A DNA stretch of 61,693 nucleotides, filler included, from Catajapyx aquilonaris (Eukaryota), in the NCBI GenBank assembly GCA_000934665.2. It is 3 parts of 3 records of this genome, joined end to end, with 100 filler letters (N's around TTAATTAATTAA, not from the genome) between each part and the next. Parts side by side here need not be neighbours in the genome. Positions count along the whole stretch, not along the records: positions 20,606 to 41,086 come from JYFJ02006251.1; positions 41,187 to 61,693 come from JYFJ02006252.1; 1 more part is not named here. One strand, given 5' to 3'. The position numbers and the translations under genes were made by a program. This document shows positions 40,204-52,330 of this stretch, one piece after another. The stretch's first letter is position 1. Every line of letters begins with the position of its first letter. The notes beneath the pieces were generated by a model. That model made no database searches. It saw nothing but the letters and a program-made list of their open reading frames with translations, and was not told where the DNA came from.

Positions 40204-40245
40204 AATAAAAAAGTCTCGTCACATAATCCAATTCCCTACTTTATT
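40204..40245. promoter_or_regulatory. Candidate polyadenylation signals of the convergent Wdr62 (+, AATAAA 40204-40209) and AlaRS (-, AATAAA 40245-40240) genes
   Basis: Canonical hexamers on opposite strands, ~30 bp apart, between the two stop codons. Confidence 0.45.
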
Positions 40246-40301
40246 CAGGAAGCTTAGTCCCATGATGAATGACTAGATCTTCATTGGTGAAGACATACAC
40301 A

Positions 40302-41083
40302 TCACACAACCTTCTTCATTCGGCATGCCAACTGGCTAAGAGAGCATGCTCGCTCCAAAGCAGATGACAACCATCCGTCATCAACTTTCCGAACACCCAT
40401 TGAAGACTCACCCTTGTTTCCTGACACTTTCACCATGTCTCCTGAAAACCTATCCATCCACAACCTAGCATTGAAATCATCAGTTATGCTTACAGGAGGT
40501 ACCCGACAAGCTGCATATACCAATCCTTTGAATCTGGCTACTAGGAAGCAGGGCTTGTCTGGACAGTGCCTAAGTGCTTTGTACAAGTGGAACTTAGCAC
40601 TGGGGACATCCAGTACATGGAGCACAAAATCAGGGGACTGGGCAGACACTTGCAGCAACTCGCTTCTTATCTGAGCAGAGGTGTCAGATTGGATGATAGT
40701 TGCCAGGCGGTGCTGAGTAGCGGACAGGGTTGTGGTCAGCTCAGTACGTTCATTCAGTGGTACATGCAGAGATTCTTGTAGCAATGACCGGATTCGCAAC
40801 TCCAGCTGACGGCATTGGCCTGGATCACGACTAGAAACTGTGGCCAATTGCATTGCTTCTGAGAGTAGCAGACGACCCTTCTCTCGTGACTCCCTTGCCA
40901 CCTGGCCTGTGACAGCTCGAAGCGAGCGGATTCCTGTACCAGCTGACTTGACACTCATTATTGCAAAGTCTGACATATCAGCAACATTTTGCAGGTGGGT
41001 CCCACAACATGGTTCAGCCGACACAAGTGTTCCACACCCATCACGTATCTCCACTAGTATCACACTGTCTGGATATACCTCGC
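40302..41083 (-). CDS. AlaRS-m: Alanyl-tRNA synthetase, mitochondrial-type (AARS2/AlaRS-m-like), 3'-terminal coding segment; 5' part cut off by the contig end
   Basis: Translates to GEVYPDSVILVEI...SAEPCCGTHLQNVADMSDFAIMSVKSAGTGIRSLRAVTG, the AlaRS editing domain (GExYPD, CxGTH, GIRxxxAVTG). The CCGTH variant resembles mitochondrial enzymes. Stop at 40302; AATAAA on the minus strand at 40245-40240. Confidence 0.85.
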
Positions 41084-41086
41084 CTG

Positions 41087-41186
41087 NNNNNNNNNNNNNN
41101 NNNNNNNNNNNNNNNNNNNNNNNNNNNNNNTTAATTAATTAANNNNNNNNNNNNNNNNNNNNNNNNNNNNNNNNNNNNNNNNNNNN
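41087..41186. other. Artificial contig spacer (N44-TTAATTAATTAA-N44)
   Basis: Same 100-bp structure as 20506-20605. Confidence 0.97.
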
Positions 41187-41646
41187 TCACCCAAATCGCA
41201 GTCCCACAACAAGTGGGCCGGAGTCTGTTGACCGCCTCCACATTCACATTCCCCAGAAAGGTCCCGCGACCGTCTCCGCCCCAGCAACCGGAACCTCGCA
41301 AAATACTCATTAAATGGGCCGTGGCCAGAAACAAATCGCGCCATGTGCCCATGATCGTGTCTGTCCGTGCTGACCATAGGGACAACGAATCGGATACGAC
41401 CCACGTGACCTCGCCTTCAGAGGCACGCTCGCCCACAATCTCCAAAGCCCGAACGATCATGCGGAGCTCAACATCATATATTTCCACCGAGCCATCGAAG
41501 GAATGCCTCTCACACAACAGCACCCGATCGTCGCTGTTCATGCCAACCACAGCTCCCCCCGCGTTCACTCCCGGAGTCAGGGACCCATCCGTGTACAATA
41601 GGAGATCCACCCCTACGGGCATCCCCATCCACGTCTCCAGCTCCAC
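41187..41646 (-). mobile_element. Non-LTR retrotransposon ORF2 3' relic (RNase H plus C-terminal zinc motif; R1/I-group-like)
   Basis: LYTDGS...GGAVV, DVELRMIVRAL, VVSDSLS (RNase H). After a frameshift: RFVSGHGPFNEYFARFRL...CECGGGQQTPAHLLWDC. Confidence 0.85.
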
Positions 41647-41666
41647 CTTTTTTTTTTCCTACTTTA

Positions 41667-42300
41667 GACATGTGTTCATGCTAGCATTCACGAACATGAG
41701 AGTGTGTTATGCTGCTCAAGTGTTTAGCAATAGTGTCGGTGCTGCCATGGGGGTCTTGGCTAAGTACAATGTGTTGCCAGGTGCCCAAGCGACAAGTGAC
41801 TTTATTTTGCAGATGGACAAATTGTTTGAGGGCCGTTTTCTCGAACAGTGGTTCAAATGTAAACCGGGTTCAAAGCCGGTTTAAACCCTTGACAACAGCC
41901 TAACAACAATCAAATCAGGGATTAAACTGGCTTTGAACCCGGTTTACATTTGAACCACTGTTCGAGAAAACGGCCCTGATTGTTTTAATGGTACTTACAG
42001 CGATAAAAAAGAACTCAGGCGAGATGGGGGCAAAAGTGCCCAGTTTCTTATGTCAATGTGCAATCAAATGAAGAAATGGAAGTTTAGGACTAAGTCATAC
42101 ATTCCTTGTGTTGGGGGGTTAAGGCTGACCATTCAGGCAGTTATCATGCTTTGGGAGGATCTAATAATAAACCATGAAATGTCATTTCAATGTACAAGAA
42201 ACCTGAACCAGGATTGCCTTGAAAACCTCTTCCCCAAAATTCGTGGCAGAGGAGGTTTTCCTTCTCTTCGCTTTCCTTCTCTTGTAGAGTTTCGTTGCTC
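41667..42300 (+). mobile_element. P-element/THAP9-type transposase relic, interrupted by a MITE
   Basis: MRVCYAAQVFSNSVGAA, MDKLF[DCFN] (restored after removing the MITE) and TRNLNQDCLENLFPKIRGRGG are P-superfamily transposase motifs. Confidence 0.87.
41830..41976. mobile_element. 147-bp MITE with 3-bp TSD (PIF/Harbinger-like)
   Basis: tga|GGGCCGTTTTCTCGAACAGTGGTTCAAATGTAAACCGGGTTCAAAGCC ... exact reverse complement|tga. Confidence 0.88.
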
Positions 42301-44869
42301 TATGTCACTGCTCACTTGATCAGATTTGTAGAGGGAGGACAGTGTGTTTGTGTGGGGGAAGAAGCAGTTGCATGCTTTCGTGCCAATAGCAGCTGACACA
42401 AATTTGTTTCTGCCATCAGATGTCATTAAGTATACTGCTGTTAAGTCATTCACCTGATTCTGAAGCCCAGGCACACATTTATTAAAATATTCCAACTGAT
42501 GTTACATATTTTGATCCATTTGAAGCTCAATTTTCACCTTCACAAATGTTCTTTCTCCAGATCCTTACATGAATAGTAATACACTTTCCTTCTTATTTTA
42601 TTCCTTGCATCTTCTACTATCAGTTTTTTTTTCTGATCTAGAGGGCAGTGTAATTACATTTTTTTCTTGGAACCATCGGGAATGCTCATAAGCCGTCTTT
42701 TTAGGTCCGCGAATCATTTGCAACTTCCTGTATTTTTCAAAACTTGTATCCACGAAACACTTGGATGATCCACTGTCGATAAAAACACTTCAATGTGGAT
42801 GCAGTTGGATGAACCCTGGGTCGTGTCCCGTAGGGCAATGGATTGCTGAATAGTTAAAAAAAAATGGACGACTGTTTCGGTTTCTTCCTTGCGGATGTCG
42901 CTGGATTGTGAGCAATCCTTTTTCTGTGATGTTCGTTCTGCACATGACCAAGTCGGGATAATTGTAAGAAGGAGCATTGTGCGCAGTTGTGTCGCCATCA
43001 CAAATCCTGTGAAATGTCATCACATGACAATGAATTAATTGCTCCCTAGGAAGGACACGTGTGTTTTCTCGATACCAGAAGATCTGGTGTAATTTGCCAC
43101 TTTTATTGAATATTAATAACTAGCGCACCCGTAGCCAAAATTTGGCAAAACCTGCAATGAGGAAGACAGTGGTAATGAAAAAATTGAATGAGAGGGCTCG
43201 CGGAGTGACAACTAAGAAATAGAGTATAGCTGGTCGTAAGACGGGGTTGAGAATTATTGATTCAATGGACATACTGCACACGTCCTGAATGGGACGTGAG
43301 AGAAGTTTTCATAAAACCTCCCGATATACAACATTGTGTGTAAACACTCTGTTGTTGGAGAGCAATGTTCCGTGTTGAGCAGTAGGAGTAGTGAACACTT
43401 TGACCTGACTTGGGTTGCGAGACGGGGTTGCTGGATCCGGATCCAAAAGTCTTATACAGTAAAACTTCTATAAGTCGAACTTCCCGAAGATCTCTATAAG
43501 TCGAAGAAAATGATGAGCTGTCTTAACTTACAAATAATTGAGTCGCCCTATTTATCTTCCTCTTCTTCAGATATGCCGGTATATGTGGAGCACATGTGAC
43601 GCGGAGGAGGAAAAACACGATTTCTGGTCCAACATTTCCAGTGTTTCATGTAACTGCCCACGCACAGTTTTAAAAAAAAAAGTAATCCATTTTCATGGCT
43701 ATGCAAATGGCCGCATCGGTTGTGTATTCCATCAGGTCTATTTCTTCCACTACATTCTTACGTGCATTTCGTCCTTGGTAAGGGTAGGACAAACAACTCT
43801 CAGTGGAAGCAGTTTTGCATGGGCCAGTCCAGATAGACAAAGGATATATCGAAAAGTCCTATCGCGTATTTTCTTATTGACGAGCGAGAGTTTTGTGTGT
43901 GTGTGTACAACTGTACATGGCATGGGCTACAACGCGGTGGAATGTCACTTCCACTTCGGCCTGGACAGTTCCAGTCAGTGACGGTGTATAGTGTGTGACT
44001 TTTGTCAACAGGATAAAGGAGTGATTGTATTGAAGTTGTAGAGCATTTCTTGTCACTTGACGTACGGGTAATTTAATAACGGTTGCAGTCAAGGTTTGGA
44101 AAATGTTGACAATCCCAGCTAGGTCAAGGAAGAAATGCAAAACATGCCATCATGTTACATAATGAGCCATTTTAACCACGAATAATTCGAAAAGGGCAGG
44201 TCGGTCTCGTAACATATATTTCCATTGTGAAGAAGAATTTTCTTTCACTGCAAACTGTGGTCATATGGTCCACTTAGGAATGGGAAACAGACTTTGTTGC
44301 CAAAATCGTCCATATATATTTATAGCATGCTTCTTCTTCTTCTTATCCATTCCAGTGGCTTCGGCTTGGGCTCTTGCTCGTGATGCGACTTAAGCAGCAT
44401 CAGGCCTTGCCTTGGGTAGACTGAAGAGTGGTTCTCTTTGCTAGGGCGTCGGTTACGTAAATAGCGTGTGGTATTGCCTCGTTCAAGAGTATAGGCTGGA
44501 TCTTGCGTAGAGCTTTTCTTCCAGTTGTAACAACTTGGCGTTTGTCTGAATGATACTGTAGGAGGAGTTTGTTATGGTGTTTTGTCGTTTTGTTCGTCGT
44601 GATGTCATTCATCATCTTCCAAGTGTCATCGGCTGTTCCTTCTCGGCTTAAAAGTCTTCAGTGATGCTCTTAATAGTGACTGGTGTTTTGCTCTTTTAGG
44701 AGAAAAGGTCTTTGATGAACATACTGCGTCAAGTAGCCCGAAATGCAGTTCAGTGAGTTACCGCCAAGTATAATTATATGAAGACGAAGAGATTCACATG
44801 CCAACTTCTAGTATTCGGGAGTCTTTTTCCTATTCTTCTTGTATGTCTCCCAGTAGTGAATTAGGGTGG

Positions 44870-45800
44870 AAATGATATGGTATGGCCCGTATCTGTCTTG
44901 TGGTGCCTTTGTAAGTTTCATGATGGTCCTGTGCATGGTTACCAAGAGGAATATTGCTGTTTTCATATATCTAGTCGAGTGTCAGGCGTTGGAGCAGTTT
45001 AAACTCTCTGTATTGCATATCATTTTCTTAGACTCCTTCACCTTCAGAGGGACGACGTTCTTCCATCCAAATCCTATGTCCATTATAGCCATACATGGTG
45101 TGAAAACTGCTCATCCGTCACACGTGAATAATGGACATCACATTTTGACGGGCACACCGTTTTAATCAGCACATTGCCTTGCAAAATGTAAAGGTTGCAT
45201 TTGATTCGCCCAACCCGCATCAGTGTGGTGTCATTTCCACATACACTTGCTTCAGTGTCTATATGCAAAGTTTTCCGCGTATTGAAGAACATAGTATAAT
45301 TATGTATTTTTGGCTGGTCAGATTTCCTCAGTTAATGACACCCTGGATATTAAAGCATCAGGGACTGGCCTTTATTTGTAATATTAACAAGGTGCTAGTG
45401 TCATGAGATGCTGGTGCTTAGGCAGCAGTGACATGTCCGTCGGAATTTTAGACACATGTTCGATTTCTGCCTCGTGATAAGATAAGCAATCATATGGTTT
45501 TACGTCGCATTGTAGCAATTTTGGTTAGTGAATGTATTGAACAGACTAATTTAGTAACATTTCTTGGGCTTGTGACTTGTGAGCGGCCCAGTGGGCCATG
45601 ACTAGCTGGATGCAATCCATGATGTAAAAGGTACTCATATTTTTGTGCACGACACTTAGACACTGTTGCCACTAGAATGATGGATTTCAGAACTTGTTCA
45701 CTTCGAAGGTGTTCATCATCTGTCGCGTGAGTTGCCATCGGTTTGATATATCGACTAAATAAAGTACCAACATCGTGGCGGATGATATGCTGGACTGGAT
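44870..45800 (-). mobile_element. Gypsy/Ty3-like pol relic (RT and RNase H), heavily degraded
   Basis: TDDEHLRSEQVL...SKC...EYLLHHGLHP...PRNVTKL resembles RT after YxDD. FFNTRKTLHIDTEASVCGNDTTLM resembles the RNase H start (FDP..TDAS..G.GA.L). Confidence 0.65.
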
Positions 45801-45849
45801 TGAGATGTTGGGGTCGATTGAGATTTCAGCGATAAATTAGGCGGACTTG

Positions 45850-46380
45850 TCTCTCATTATGTAATAAATTGTTTCTGTTTCAGATGTAAGTTAAGTGCTT
45901 TCGTGTTAAGGGGATCACATTGTTATTGCCTGAATTACGTACGGAGATAGGTTCAGGAAAATGTTCCCACACTGTATTATTCAAGAGAATTATTAATATA
46001 CTCTTTTTATACCGTCACCCTATATCTGATTAATTCCACGTGAACCACTTCTCCGACAGACCCCTTCCGATCCCTACCAAAATTCATAGGTAATTAATTA
46101 TTAATACATAGTTGTATTTCTCAGTGTTTCATTGATGATAGGCCAGCTGAATAATATTTTCAAGGAGGACATGTTGTCGAGAGGGACATGTTGTCGAGGA
46201 ATGCCCTCTTCCATTGCACTCACTGTCCGGCCTTGTGGTTCCGCAATCCCGCTTTCTGACACCCCATTTGTAGTGTCCCTTGACCCAACTCGCGAGGAAC
46301 CCCATAAGAAAATAATGTGACAATCGGGAGTCAGGAATAACAACCAGGAAGTTTATTTCAGACCAAAGCCACAACTCGTC
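45850..46380 (-). mobile_element. Non-LTR reverse transcriptase relic
   Basis: VSAMEEGIPRQ...ILFSWPIINE loosely resembles GVPQG..LF..YIND; the downstream piece is paralogous to 47350-47418. Confidence 0.45.
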
Positions 46381-46839
46381 TGTTTCTAGTAGGACAGAAA
46401 ATCCATACCTGATTGAAACATTCCAAACAACCTTAGCGGTACTTATTCAAAAACAACACCAATAGTATATGCCGTCTCTTTTCCAGGACACTACAATAGT
46501 ACTCAACATACGTCACCTTGCTAGCTGTATGTAAGGGATAAATATTACGGAACTTCGACGTCGCTGGCGAAGGAAAGTTTGGAACGTGTGGCAGTTAGTT
46601 ATGTGCGTGCAAATTGTTGATTGCCCTGGAGTGTTTAAAAGAGACATTGCTGTTGTATCAGATGCTAGCCTGGTTGTGTCGACATAATTCAAACCGACGC
46701 GATGGCGACGGATGCGATTATTTATTGCACTGCACTTGAAAGAGGACAGCCCCTGTCCATTGTGAAGTGTCTGTCTTCAAAGCTAACCCGACAGAGACCC
46801 AAGAATCCGGCTCCAGTCATCAGAAACCTCGACTTGCCA

Positions 46840-47130
46840 GGCCCCACAGAATCTCTTGGTGTGGGAGACTATTGAAGGCGTTACTGATGTCCAGTCCTAT
46901 TATCATGCAGTGGTCCCCTCGGCTCTAAGCTCCGTCTATCTCCAGCACCAAGCCACCCACTGGGTCCACGACCCCTCTTCTAGGTCGAAAGCCGAACTGC
47001 GCTGGGTTCAGGCGTTGGTCAGTCTCCACCCAATATGAAAGGCGCCGTTGCAGTATCCTGTCGTTCATATTGGTATGACGCCCCCCTCTTGATCCTTGAG
47101 GACCCCGAATCCCCACCTGTACAGCTCCTG
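46840..47130 (-). mobile_element. Non-LTR reverse transcriptase relic
   Basis: RILQRRLSYWVETDQRLNPAQFGFRPRRGVVD (QxGFR motif), followed by an LDISxAF-like segment. Confidence 0.85.
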
Positions 47131-47534
47131 TAGTAGTTTCAGCCCGTGCGAGCTCTCAGAAGCGGGAACGAACAGGGCAAAGGCAGCCCCAAAGGCATGA
47201 AATCTGTATAGTGTTCCACGTTTAAGGCCCATTCCCACAGGCCGTCTACGGTTTTGGTCTTTGGTCGCGTTGATTCCGCGGACTAATGATGACTCATGTA
47301 AACAAGCGCAATGTGAAATGAGTACATATTTAATATTACAAATCGGGCGTTTCTGTTCCAGATGTAAGTTAGGTGCTCTCCTATTTAAGATCGGGTTCAA
47401 AATTGTCATTGCCTGATGAGGTTTATTGTTTAATTTTCCTAGCTTTATTTCTTGTAACGGAATTGTAAATGTAACTGTATGTATTGTACTGACTTAAAAT
47501 TGTACAGCGCAATGTAAATAATAACATTAACTCA

Positions 47535-48100
47535 TTAAGCATATCTTGCCAATTGACGTGTGTAATTTAATGACGTTTTCAGTGTAGATTTAGGCAAATG
47601 TTGACAATCCCAGGTCAAGTTCCTACTGCATGATCGAACAGCCACGGTTTCTCGGCGTGTCTTGTCATCCTCCGAGGTGGGGCCAGGCTGCCGATACTGG
47701 CCGCAGGGTTGGTCATTCAAGTGTTATCTTCCTCACCCTCGGGATAAAAGTCGTGCAGCTCAGTAAATTCTACTTTTCTTCCGGTTTGGCGTCATTGGTG
47801 TTGAAGAGAATGGGATGTAATATGGGGATGTATTTGGGTCGTCCTCATCAGAAGTATCATCTTCAAATAAATCCATAAATAGTTGTCTTCTCACCCATAC
47901 TGTACCTGTGGGACTTTATATAGGCTTGGTGCTTGTTGTTGGTCATCCCTCTGGTGGAAGGCTGTCTTCGGATGTTGTTGTTGATGTCTCTGGTCTGGGA
48001 CTCAGAAGGGGGAGGTGGGAATTGAGTTTTAACTACCACTAGTGGCGTGCCTGACTTCTTCCGAACCATAATAATTATGCTCTGTCGGGCAAACACATAA
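47535..48100 (-). mobile_element. Degraded non-LTR gag-like ORF1 (zinc-knuckle remnants)
   Basis: The spacing in PCGQYRQPGPT...CSRNLTWDCQH resembles tandem CCHC knuckles; a paralogous piece lies at ~44080-44160. Confidence 0.4.
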
Positions 48101-49699
48101 TATGATGCTCATCTGGTTTGATGAGTGTGTGGTAAATTATTTCGTCACGTCGTTCTTTGTGGCATTCATGTGTTTATAAGCTACATGGAATATAAGTTAA
48201 TGAACAAAAATATATACAGAAGAGGGCCACAACTTTCAGAATACATTAGTTTTATCCTCTGTCAAATTGCGCTCTGTGGAGATCTTTTGGTTTTGTCACC
48301 CGTTTCCGTCCCCTCTGAGTTCGGGATCTCAGTATAGGAAGCCATGCTCGACGAGTACGACGTCCAGTAGGGATGGTCAGGAGTAACACAAAAGATTCTG
48401 GGTTCACTTGAGGTCAGGTATATTATCACACCAAGAATGACATTACATAAAGAGGGGTAGATGGTACGTAGACATGGTTCAGGAGGGTACGGTGATCGAG
48501 CGGCACGTTTTCAGAGAGGAAAAAGGAGCGACCAAAAGGTTGGAGATAATGTTACCATGATGCATGATGGGTAGGGAGTGAGAATACATCACATGTCGAT
48601 TTAGCACTCAAAATATACAAGGTCGAATAGAGATAGTCTGTCTTGGTATAATCTGTAACGGGATTACAAGTTGACCTTGAGGGTAGGTGAATTTCAAAGG
48701 TCAGTTTCATCTCCTGGCTGTATTAGTTAAAATATCTTTATGGTCACGTTTTGTGATACAATATGGCAACCTTCAGCTTGTTTACGTCCTCCCTGGACCA
48801 TTAGAAGCAACGCACTGTCTTGGAACATGTACAGGTTGTTATTGTGAACGTACAAGTGACCTGCCCTCGCTAATTATGTGAACATTGGGCTGTCCGTATA
48901 TTTCGTTTCGGAACGTGATCTCAGGTGGTTGACCTACTGGTGTGCCCAGATTATTATCTTACCGTGTGTAATATGTTCTTCAATTATGTGGATCTCAATT
49001 TTTCACACTTTGGATGATGTGTCACAGGTCGCAAATTGTAGTGCGATTACTACCATTGCTGTCATTTGTCAGCAGAAAAGCGGAGGTGGTGATAATATAA
49101 AGTGTCGTCATTTTTGCAGTCATTTGTTAACTACGTAAGTAGATTATTAGAATTAAAATTTATTGACATGTTATACAGCCGTTTACGTAATGTTGACAGT
49201 TGCGCAATTAGAAGTATAACACGCCCCATTTCATAAAATAATAGGAGTGCCTCTATGGAAACAGTTGCGTAACTGATACCTGAGAAATTATTTCTATAAG
49301 TACTGTATAATAATTGCGAGTAAACTGCTCTAGCAACCATTTGCTTGAATCTGGAAGGGTACAGCAGTCATCTTATTAGACATGTGAACAGACGCAGATG
49401 CTGGGGCCTCACCCATTGGACTAGGCGTGAGGTGGAAGTCACTCTCAGTGGATGCTGACCTCAGGATGCTTTCGGGTGCCTGCATGACTGCTTGCATCTT
49501 TGATCTGATATTTAATGGACGAGGTGAACTTTTATGATAGAACTACGGTACCGTAATGAAATAATGTGGTAGTAATGTCCCTACATGTCCAATTTTTCTT
49601 CCCCTACTAAGTTTATAGTTCTGAGTTACAAGAATGACTTGTCTCATGTCACCCAACATTACAGTGCTCATAGAATCACTCCCTTTCTCGTATGTGTAA

Positions 49700-50270
49700 A
49701 GTCTTGGGGTTACTTTACACAAGCTGAGTTCAATTTTTTTGTATTTTACCAATTCGTCCCAGGACAGAGGTCAATGTGCCAACATATGCAGCGTACGAGG
49801 TCCTCACCAGGTGCCCAGAAAAAGTGGTCAGAATTTGTCACAGAGACCCATGCCGACCAGAAATGTGCAGAAATGTCCTTTTTCTGTGTAAAGTCACCCC
49901 GGTTGACTACGTCAAAAAGGGAACCGTCTCGTCTGTGTGTCTAGTGAAATCCATGCAAATATGTGATCGGCTAGCTATGGAAATAGTATTTTCAAATTTT
50001 TGCATCAGTCGCCTTTGTTGCACGAAGACTCCTCGTTTCCTGTGCGAATGACGAGTTTGTTTCTGTATGTCTTAATTATCTGGCCAAAGGTTTATGACAT
50101 TACTTGTACTCTTTTTGGCGGCCTTACGTGCAAAACTACCCTTGTACGGCCATTTTTGTGCACTGTCAAATAGTCGGGGTCGTAAAATTCTATTTTGGGA
50201 CACTATGATCATCGGTGTCTCGATAATGACATCAGGGTTCTCATAACATGTCGTGCCTGAAGAAGATTAG
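49700..50270 (-). mobile_element. Degraded hAT-like transposase relic (module A copy; paralogues at 54715-55215, 56455-56840, 58885-59090)
   Basis: VIIETPMIIVSQNRILR...KGSF resembles hAT IIET..RQN..LRGH..GNF. Other copies give SLDA..D...EQ, resembling the first catalytic D..D..EQ motif. The four copies align directly. Confidence 0.5.
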
Positions 50271-51949
50271 TATTGCGAATAATGATATCTTCCAATGCAA
50301 TACGTATTCTTGCACCTCAAGGTGCAGCGTCTGATTGTCTTGAGCCAAGATTTTATTCATTTTTACCTGGACTTCTTTTAGGTAAATTACGCGACAGCCA
50401 TGTCGTGTCGTAAGGTAACATACGTTCTGCTCTGCGAGAACCATCTCCCAGATAATCCTTACGCAATATATTGTAGTCACCAGGAGCTCGACTTGTTATT
50501 CAATAATGCCAGTGAAAGTAACTCTGCTTAATCAGTAGTAAGATTATGTACAGTGCTGTCTAAAAAAAATATGGTGCAGTGATAACAGCAATGAACAATA
50601 ATTATTTCTGCAACGGTAAAACATGACACTCCTTTTCCAATAAAGAGTATTGGTCCACACGGCTCTATGCTCCTTCTCTCGATCTAGCTGTCAAGGCCCT
50701 TCAGCCCGTCCATTCCCAACACGGGTACCCTCACACCTGTGGACTTTCCCTGATAACATGCCAGTCAGTTGTTCTTGCCCTCTTCCGTAGAACCCCGTCG
50801 TCTGTTTCCGTCACATCATCACCTGGAAGTCACTCTTCTCTTGGATCCTGGATCCGACCTTTGGGATGTTGGCGGATGTCTTTATACTTCAGCCTTGGAA
50901 GATTGGCATACTAATACAAGGTGTCTCTACTTTTTTGTCCGAACAATTATCGGAAATATTGCACTAAGCTGCTTATTTTTTTTAGCAGTGACTTGCAACC
51001 AGTGATGCGTTCCTGGCTTTATCAGTTGAGGGATGTGCCAGGAATGTTGGGGAATATACTGGCTACATAGCTAGAGGATACATGGGCTTTTCCGATAACT
51101 GTTCGGATAAAAAAGTTGAGACACCCTGTATAATTGATTGTGTATTTGGGTATTATTTCATCAACATACCATTACGCAGTATGGCAGGAGGAATTAAGTA
51201 ATTTTTCCCGTTAAAGTATATTACGTATAATATTGTCTCCATAAGAAGTACCGCGACTTTTAAGGTTTATTAACATGGTTGCGATAATTGGTTGTAATTG
51301 TGATATTAGCCTGATAATGGAAAAAGTATTTAGTTGAGCTTGGAAAGGACATTTGAAGTTATCGGATGGGATGTTTCTGACACCCCACGCATCATGGTTA
51401 TGAGTGACTAATAGTCACCATCCAATGCAAACCGGCCTTAAATATGGTGCTGTAGCTGTTGCTCCTGTTCTTCGTGGAAGGATGCAACCTGAATGTTGTC
51501 AAAAGCTACCTGACGAAGAATATAAAACGCAGTTACAATGCATACACAAATTTCGTTTCTTACTGTTAGGACGGAAGGTCTCCTCACCTTGAAGCAAGTT
51601 CCTTTAAGTGGACGAATAGTGTCGAAATTGAAGAGGCCAAGCCTCACCTTGTGTTCACCTACCACAATTTCCTATTTATCTTGGGACATTTCACGCAAGA
51701 TGTCATCTGATCATGTCTGTCCGTGCCATTTGACGCGAACCATTCCCATGAGACTACTTTACAACAGCCCGCAACATGCACTAATCACTGTTCTTGTTGG
51801 TCACACTAATTACGTAATAAAAACGTCAGGCATAATTTTCCTGTGCCTGTCCTTAAAATATTATAACTATAATTTAATTGAATGTCCACCAAGAGCATGG
51901 AATTTATCCTGCTATACGTCATGTTGACAGTTGCAGAAAAATAGTAGTG

Positions 51950-52330
51950 GCTCTACACTAAAACTATGCTACACTATCCTCTTGAGAGATATTTGATGAT
52001 CAAGTGATTGATATCAATCGAAGTACTGCATCCTGTCTTTACGGGGAACATCACACACCTTGCAATTATTCTCAATGTACTCAATCCAAGATGTAACACA
52101 GGCCATATCCATAAAGTGCATGATGCACAGCAGTCAATTTTTTTGTCGTTTTGCTGATACGAAAGAGGCTCATCTGTGTAGCACGTGGCGTTTTTGCGAG
52201 CTCCTTGTCTATGATACAGTTTTGACCATTCGGTTTTTTTTTCCCGACTGGGCCAGTTGCAAAAATTCCCTTTTTGTCCACCAAGGTGACAAGCAATAAT
52301 ATTGTCAGGACGTAACATCCAAACAAGAGC
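51950..52330 (-). mobile_element. Degraded hAT-like relic (module B; paralogue at 58105-58520)
   Basis: KGNF...ARKNATCY here and ALKNATYY in the paralogue resemble the hAT GNF...KNATY.S motif. Confidence 0.5.

Noticed and set aside
41131..41884. ORFs ending in XXXLIN and the 223-aa plus ORF 41213-41884
   Set aside because: LIN comes from the artificial spacer. The plus ORF is the antisense of the RNase H relic running into a P-transposase fragment and a MITE.
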